A stretch of DNA of 30,697 nucleotides from Verrucomicrobiota bacterium (GTDB lineage: Bacteria > Verrucomicrobiota > Verrucomicrobiia > Limisphaerales > JACRJY01), in assembly GCA_016235585.1 (NCBI GenBank), contig JACRJY010000101.1, positions 1-30,697 on the forward strand, read 5' to 3'. A program made the position numbers and the translations under genes. The notes below the pieces were generated by a model, which had not been told where the DNA came from, did no database searches, and was given only the letters and a program-made list of their open reading frames with translations. Below are positions 16,001-25,000 of the stretch, piece by piece (within the stretch, counting starts at the first letter, position 1; each line of letters opens with the position of its first letter).

Positions 16001-19000
16001 GGCAACACGGTGGGCTTCACGATCACGGTCAACGCGGTCAACGACGCGCCGACGCTGACGGCGATTGGCGGGATCACCATCCTGGAAGACGCCACGGCGA
16101 CGACGGTGAACCTGGCGGGCATCGCGGCGGGCGGGGCCAGCGACGAGAACGGGCAGACCTTCACGGTGACGGCGACGAGCAACAACACCGGGCTGGTGCC
16201 CGATCCGACGGTCAACTACACGGGCGGGAGCACGGCGAGCACGGGGAGCTTGAGCGTGACGCCGGTGGGCAACGCCAACGGCACGGCGACGATCACCGTG
16301 ACGGTGCAGGACAGCGGCGGCACGGCCAACAGCGGGGTGGACACGTTCAGCCGGACGTTCACGGTGGTGGTCAGCGCGGTCAACGACGCCCCCGCCTTCG
16401 CCGTCAACGGCCTCTCGGCGGGCGGCGCGGCGGGCGCGAGCTGGACGGCGCGGGACAGCAGCCGCAACTGGTCCGCCGTGGCGAGTTCCTCGGACGGCAC
16501 GAAGCTCGTGGCGACGGTGAATGGCGGCGAACTTTACACCTCGACCGATTCGGGCGCGAGCTGGACGGCGCGGCTGACGCTGACCAACCGCAACTGGTCC
16601 GCCGTGGCGAGTTCGGCGGACGGCACCAAGCTCGTGGCGGCGGTGAATGGCGGCCAGCTTTACACCTCGACGGATTCGGGCGTGAGCTGGACGTTGCGGG
16701 GCAGCGTCGGCCTGTGGACTTCCGTGGCCAGCTCTTCGGACGGCACGAAGCTGGTGGCGGTGGAATACTACACCGGTGAAAGTTTCGGCCGAGTTTTCAC
16801 CTCGGCAGATTCAGGCGCGAACTGGACGCAGCAAGCCGGCGCGGGCCTCAACTATTGGCAGTCCGTGGCGAGTTCGGCGGACGGCACCAAGCTCGTGGCG
16901 GCGGAGGATGGCGGCCAGCTTTACACCTCGACGGATTCGGGCGTGAACTGGACGGCCCGGGACAACAACCGCGATTGGCGTTCCGTGGCGAGTTCGGCGG
17001 ACGGCACCAAGCTCGTGGCCGTGGTGACGAGCGGCCAGATTTACACCTCGCCGGAGTCGGGTGTGTCTTGGACAGCGCAGGAGAGCAGCCGCACCTGGCG
17101 GGCCGTGGCGAGTTCGGCGGACGGCACCAAGCTCGTGGCGGGGGTGAACAACGGCCAGCTTTACACCTCGACGGATTCGGGCGTGAACTGGACGGCCCGG
17201 GAGACCACCCGCCTGTGGAAGGCCGTGGCAAGTTCCGCGGACGGCACGAAGCTCGTGGCCGTGGTGGAGAGCGGCCAGATTTACACCTCGGCGCTGGCGC
17301 TGGATTCTCTGACCGTCAACGAGGATGCGGGCGCGCAGTCCTTGAGCCTCTCCAGCATCAGCTCCGGCCCGGCCGATGAGAGCGCCCAGACGCTCTCCTT
17401 CACCGCCACGTCGAGCGACACCTCGATTGTGCCGACGCCGACCTTCACCTACACCAGCGCGAACACGACGGGCACGCTGCACTTCACCCCTGCCGGGAAC
17501 GCCAATGGCACCGTGACCATCGCCGTGGTGTTGAGCGACGATGGCGGCACGGCCAATGGCGGCGTGAACAAGGCGACCAACAGTTTTCAGGTCAGCATCA
17601 CGGCGGTGAATGACGAGCCGAGCTTTACCTCGGGCGGCAACGTGGCGGTGAACGAGGACAGCGGGGCCTACAGCGCAAGCTGGGCGACGGCGATCAGCAA
17701 GGGGCCGGCGGACGAGTCCGGGCAGACGGTGAACTTCACGATTGATTCGAACAACAACACGGGGCTGTTTGCCGCCGGCCCGGCGGTGGCGGCGGACGGG
17801 ACGCTGACCTTCACGCCGGTGGCCAACTCGAACGGCGTGGCGACGGTGACGGTGACGATCCACGACGACGGCGGCACGGCCAACAGCGGGGATGACACGG
17901 GCAACACGGTGAGCTTCACGATCACAATCAACGCGGTCAACGACGAGCCGAGCTTCGCGTCGGGCGGCAACGTGGTGGTGAACGAGGACAGCGGGGCCTA
18001 CAGCGCAAGCTGGGCGACGGCGATCAGCAAGGGGCCGCCGAACGAGTCGGGGCAGGCGGTGAACTTCACGATTGACTCGAACAACAACACGGGCCTGTTC
18101 GCGTCCGGGCCGTCGGTGGCGGCGGATGGGACGCTGACCTTCACGCCGGCGGGCAACTCGAACGGCGTGGCGACGGTGACGGTGACGATCCACGACGACG
18201 GCGGCACGGCCAACAGCGGGGATGACACGGGCAACACGGTGAGCTTCACAATCACGGTCAACGCGGTCAACGACGTGCCGACCTTGACCGCCATCGCGGA
18301 CTTGACCATCAACGGCACGGGCAACCAGAACGTCTCGCTCGCCGGCATCACCTCCGGGCCGGCCAATGAAAGCGGCCAGTCGCTGACGGTGACGGCCACG
18401 TCGGGCGACACGGGCGTGGTGACGATCAACACCGTCACCTACACCAGCCCGAATGCGACCGGCACGCTTGTCCTTACGCCCGTCGCCAGCGGCACCGCCA
18501 CGGTCACGGTCACGGTGCAGGACAACGGCGGCACGGCCAACAGCGGCGTGGATACGTTGAGCCGCACCTTCCAGGTCGAGGTGGCCAGCGGCAACGAGCC
18601 GCCCTCGATGAATCCGCTCAACAACCAGACCATTCTGGAGGACACCGCCACCGTCACCGTCAGCCTGGCGAACATCACCTTCGGCCCCGGCAGCGAGGCC
18701 GGCCAGATTGTCACCAACATCACGGCGGCCAGCAGCGACACCGCGCTGATTCCCACGCCGACGGTGAGCTACAACGCCGGCGACACCACCGGCAGCATTA
18801 CTTATGTCCCGGCGGCCAATGGCAACGGCACGGTGACGATCACCATCACCTTGCAGGACGATGGCGGCACGGCCAGCAGCGGCGTGGACACGACGAACTA
18901 CACCTTCACCGTGACCATCACGCCGGTGAACGACGTGCCCACGCTCGCGGCCATCGGCAGCGTGACCGTGCTGGAGGATTCCGGCGCGCAGTCCGTCACG

Positions 19001-22000
19001 CTCACCGGCATCAGCGAAGGCCCGGCCAACGAGACGGCCCAGACGCTCACGTTCACCGCGACGTCGAGCAGCACCGGCCTCATCCCGAATCCCAGCGTGA
19101 CTTTCACCGAGGGCGACACGACGGCGACCTTGAACTTCACGCCGGCGGCCAACGCCAGCGGCACCGTCACCATCACCGTGAAAATGCAGGACAGCGGCGG
19201 CACCGCCAGCAGCGGCGTGGATGCCGTGACGAACACCTTCACCGTGGCGGTGACGGCGGTGAACGACGTGCCCACGCTGGCGGCCATCGGCAATTTGACC
19301 GTCGCCCAGGACGCCCCGGCGCAGACCGTGAGCCTGACCGGCATCGGCATGGGCAGTGGCGACAGCGGCCAGACGCTGACCGTGACGGCGACGAGCAGCA
19401 ACACCGGCGTCATCCCGAATCCCACCGTGACCTATTCCAGCGCCAATTCAACCGGCAGCATCAGCTTCACGCCCGTCGCGGCGACCGACGGTCTGGTGAC
19501 GATTTCCGTGAAGGTTCAGGACGACGGCGGCACCGCCAACGGCGGCGTGAACGCCGTGACCAACACCTTCACCGTGCAGGTGGAGATCAACGACGCGCCC
19601 ACGCTCGACCCCCTCGCCGGCCTGACCATCAACGAGGATTCCGGCTCACAGTCCGTGAGCCTCGCCGGCATCACCACCGGCGGCGAAAACCAGATGCTGA
19701 CCGTGACGGCGACGAGCAGCGACACGAGCGTCATCTCCACGCTCACCGTCTCCTACGGCAGCCCGAACACCACGGGCACCGTCAACTTCACCCCCGCCAC
19801 GAACGCCACCGGCACGGTGACGATCTCCGTGAAAGTGCAGGACAGCGGCGGCACGGGCAGCGGCGGCGTGAACGCGGTGACGAACACCTTCACCGTCGTC
19901 ATCAACCCGATCAACGACGCTCCGACCCTCACCGCCGTCACCAGCGTGACCATCAACGAGGATGCCGCCGCGCAGACGATCAGCCTCGCGGGCATCGCCA
20001 CCGGGCCGGCGAATGAAAGCGCCCAGAGCATCACCAGCTTCACGGCCACGTCGAGCAACACCGGCCTGATCCCCACCGTCACCGTCAACTACACGACCGG
20101 CACGACGGGCACGCTGGGCTACACGCCCACGGCCAACAGCAACGGCGTTGCCACCATCACCGTCACCCTTGTGGACGACGGCGGCACGGCCAGCAGCGGA
20201 GTGGACACGCTCGTGCGCACCTTCACCGTCACGGTCAACGCGGTCAACGACGCGCCGACGCTCACGCTCGGCGGCACGTCGGCCGGATCCGAGGTGCTCT
20301 ACGGGGCGGGCCGTTCGAGTGATCTTTTGATTCTGAACCCGACCAACGGCCTGGTGACTTCGCAAGTTGGCTCCCTCGACGAATATCGAGTGACGGGCTT
20401 GGCGGTGCACCCCACGACCGGGGTGCTTTATGGAATACTGTCAAGCGATGGCAGGGTGTTGGTCACGATCAACACCAACACGGGCGCGGTAACCGTCATC
20501 GGCGGCGGCGGGGGAACCATCACGGACATCACCTTTGCGCCGGATGGCACGCTTTATGGATGGAGAAAAGTCGCCACCGCGTTCATCGCCACGTCGGATG
20601 AACTCGTGACGATTGACTTGACGACCGGCGTGGCCACGGCCGTTGGCTCCTCCGGGCTGGCTTTCACCGCTTCCGGCGGCGGCCTCGCGGCCGACGCGGC
20701 GGGAAACTTGTTCCTCACCCCGAACCGGGACAATGGATCGTTGTATGCGGTGGACAAAACCACCGGCGTCGCCACGCTGCTCACCGCCTTGGACGGGACG
20801 TTAAACCGCCCGATCGCCGCGCTCGCTTTCAATGCCAGCGGGACCTTGTTTGGTGTCACTGCGGGCACGGATAGCAGCGGTAATCGTCATTTGATCACCA
20901 TCAGCACGAACACCGGCGCGGTCACCGTGCTCGGGTTGTCGGATGACACCGGACTGGATGCCATCGTCTTCGCCAGTGGCGCAGCGGTGGTCACGCCCTT
21001 CTCGTCACCCCTGACCATCAATGAAGACGCGGGCGCGCAGACCGTGTCCCTCTCCGGCATCACTGCGGGCCTGCCCGCCAACGAGAGCGGCCAGACGCTC
21101 ACCGTGACGGCCACGTCGAGCAGCACGGCCCTCATTCCCAATCCGACCGTGACCTACGCCAGCGCCAACGCGACCGGCAGCATCAGCTTCACCCCCGTGA
21201 CCAACGCCCACGGCACGGTGACCATCAGCGTGAAGGTGCAGGACAGCGGCGGCACCAGCAACGGCGGTGTGGATGCGGTGACGAACACGTTCACCGTCAT
21301 TGTCAACTCCGTGAACGACGCGCCCACCCTCACCGTCAACGGCCTGACGGCGGCTGTGGCTCAAACGCTCTATGGGGTGAACAACGCCTTCGGCGAAGGT
21401 TCAACAGTGGTCTATCAGATTGACCCGGTCACCGGCGTCGCCTCGGGCCTGCAGCCCATCACCCTGATCGGCTTCACCATTGACCGCGCCATCGCGCTGG
21501 CGGCGCAGCCGGGCAGCGGCACGCTCTTTGCCGTGGTGCAGACGAGCAGCAGTTCCTCGTCGCGGCGGCTGGTGACCATCAATCCGGCGACGGGCGTGGC
21601 CACGGACATCGGCGCGCTGGGCGGCAAGTCCTTCGCGGCCCTGGCCTTCCGGGCCAACGGGACGCTTTACGGTGCCACCGGCAATAATGGCTCCAACCCG
21701 GAGACCCTCTACCAGATCTCGACGGTGAACGCCGCGCTCACCCTGGTGATGGCGTTCACACCGGCGGCAGACGGCGAGTCCATTGCCTTCGCGCCCGACG
21801 GCTACCTCTACCGCTCCTCCGGCAACAGCACGGCCACTTTATTTCGGGTTGATGTGGACGCGCAGACCGAAGTGACCCTCGGCACGGCCTCTGGTGAGAT
21901 GTTTGCCATCGGCTACGACACGGCGGGCGATCGGATGCTCGGATCGGATATCAGCGACAATCTTTTCTCGATCAGCCTGGTGGACGGCAGCCGCACCTTC

Positions 22001-25000
22001 ATTGCGAACCTCACGGGATTCGACGGTGACAACCGCGGGATCGCTTTTGCTGGCGGGCTGCCCGCGCTGGCCATCAATGAGGACGCCTCCTTGCAAAACG
22101 TGTTCCTCACCGGCATCGGCGCCGGCGCGGCCAACGAGACGCAGACCCTCACGGTCACGGCCACGAGCAGCGACACTGGCATCATCCCCACGCCCGCCGT
22201 GACCTATGTCAGCGCGCGGACGACCGGGCGGATCGCCTTCACCCCGGCGGGCAACTCGAACGGCGTCGTCACCCTCTCCGTCATCGTCACCGACAGCGGC
22301 GGCACGGCCAACGGCGGCGTGGACAGCGTGACGAACTCTTTCGTCGTCACCGTCACGGCGGTCAACGACGCGCCCACCCTGGACGCCCTCGCCAATGCGA
22401 CCCTGTTCGAGGAGGCCGCGGCCCAGACCGTCAACCTCTCCGGCATCACCGTCGGCGGCGCGGATGCGGGCCAGACATTGTCCGTGAGCGCCACGTCGAG
22501 CGACACCGGCGTCATCGCCATCACCTCGGTCACCTACAGCGACCCCGCCACCACCGGCAGCTTGGTCTACACGCCGCTCACCAACGCCAACGGCACCGTC
22601 ACCATCAGCGTCGTTGTGAGCGACGACGGCGGCACCGCCAGCGGCGGCGTCAACGCCGTGACCAACACCTTCCGCGTCGCCCTCGAGGCCGTGAACGACG
22701 CGCCGACGCTCGACCCGCTTGCCAGCGCCAATGTGACCATCAACGAGGACGCCGCCGCGCAGACGTTCACCCTCACCGGCATCACCGTCGGTCCGGCCAA
22801 CGAAGTCGGGCAGGTGCTCAACGTCTTCGCCAGCAGCAGCGACCCCTTCCTCGTCCCCAACCCGGTGGTGACCTACGTCAGCCCCCGGTCCACCGGCAGC
22901 CTCGCCTACGCGCCGCTCCCCAACGCCAACGGCACCGCGACCATCACCGTGATCGTGACCGACGGCGGCGGCACGGCCAACGGCGGCATCAACTCCTTCA
23001 CCAACACCTTCACCGTCGTCGTGACGGCGGTGAACGACGCGCCCACCCTGGGCACGCTTGCCAGTGTGACGATTGACGAGAATGCCGGCGCGCAGACCGT
23101 CAGCTTCGCCGGCATCACGGCGGGCGCGAACAACGAGACGCAGGCGCTCACCGTCACCGCGTCGAGCAGCAACCCCGGCCTCATCCCGGCCCCGGTGGTC
23201 ACCTACGCCAGCCCCGGCTTCTCCGGCAGCCTGGCCTACACGCCCGTCGCCGGCTCCAACGGCGTGGCGACCATCTCCGTGATCGTGACCGACGATGGCG
23301 GCACGACCGGCGGCGGGGTGGACACGGTGACCAAGACCTTCCTCGTCACTGTCAGTCCAGTGAACAACCGGCCCACGCTCGACGCCCTCGCCGGCCTGAC
23401 CCTCGCCGAGGACGCCACGGTGCAGACCGTGAACCTCGCCGGCATCGGCAGCGGCGCGGCCAACGAGAGCCAGGCCCTCACCGTGACGGCGGTTTCCAGC
23501 GACACCAGCCTCATCCCCAACCCGGCCGTGACCTACACGAGTCCGGGCGCGACCGGCAGCATCAGCTTCACGCCGGTGGCCAATGCCAACGGCACCGTCA
23601 CCATCACCGTGACCGTGACCGACGACGCGACGGCGGGCGGCGCGGCGCGCTCCACCAACCACAGCTTCACCGTCGTCATCAACGCGACCAACGACGCGCC
23701 GACACTGACTGCGATCGCGGATCCGGCGGCGATTCTGGAGGACGCGGGCGCGCAGACGGTGAATCTTGCGGGCATCGGCAGCGGCGCGGCCAACGAGAGC
23801 CAGACGCTGACCGTCACGGTGGCGAGCAGCGACACCGGCCTCATTCCGAATCCGACCGTCACTTACAACAGCGCGAACACGACCGGCAGCCTGGCCTATA
23901 CCCCGGCGGCCAACATCAGCGGCACGGCGCTCATCACCGTGACGGTGACCGACGACGCGACGGCGGGCGGCGCGGCGCTTTCGACCAACCGCACCTTCAC
24001 GGTGACGGTGACGGCGGTCAACGACGCGCCCACGCTCGACGCGATTGCAAGCGTGACCGTGAAGGACACCGCCGGGTCGCAGACTGTCAACCTCACGGGC
24101 ATCGGCACCGGGATGTCGGATGAAAGCGGCCAGACGATCACCGTGACGGCCAGCAGCAGCAACCCGGCGGTCATCCCCAATCCCACCGTGACCTACGGCG
24201 TCAGTGCCGCGCCGGGGAACCCGACCACGGGCACCCTGACCTACACGCCCACGGCCAGCGTCACCGGCACGGCCACCATCTCTGTCGTCGTGACGGACAA
24301 CGGCGGCACGGCCAATGGCGGCGTCGCGGCGGTGACGAACACCTTCTCCATCGTGGTCACCACGGCGAACGTCCCGCCGACGCTGGCGGCCATCGGCAAT
24401 ATCACCATCAGCGAGGACTCCGGCGCGCAGACCGTGAGCCTCACCGGCATCAGCATCGGTTTGGGCGACAGCGGCCAGACGCTCACCGTGAGCGCCAGCT
24501 CGGGCAACCCGGCGCTCATTCCGAATCCGACCGTGACTTACACCAGCCCGAACGCCAGCGGCAGCCTTGCCTTCACCCCGGCGGCCAACGCCACCGGCTC
24601 GGCGCTCATCACGGTGATCGTGACCGACAGCGGCGGCACGGCCAATGGCGGCGTGAACGCGGTGACCAACACCTTCACCGTGACCGTCAGCCCCGCGAAT
24701 GACTCACCCACGCTCAACGCCATCAGCAGCGTGACGGTTCTGGAGGACGCCTCGGCCACGACGGTGAACCTCGCCGGCATCGGTGCGGGCACGGGCGAGA
24801 GCCAGTCGCTGACCGTGACCGCCACGTCGAGCAACACCGGCCTCATTCCCAATCCGAGCACCATCTACGTCAGCCCCGGCGCGACGGGCAGCATCAGCTT
24901 CTCGCCCGTGGCGAACGCCACCGGCACGGCGACCATCACCGTGACCGTGACCGACGATGCCTCGGCGGGCGGCATCGCGCTCTCGACGAGCCGAACCCTC

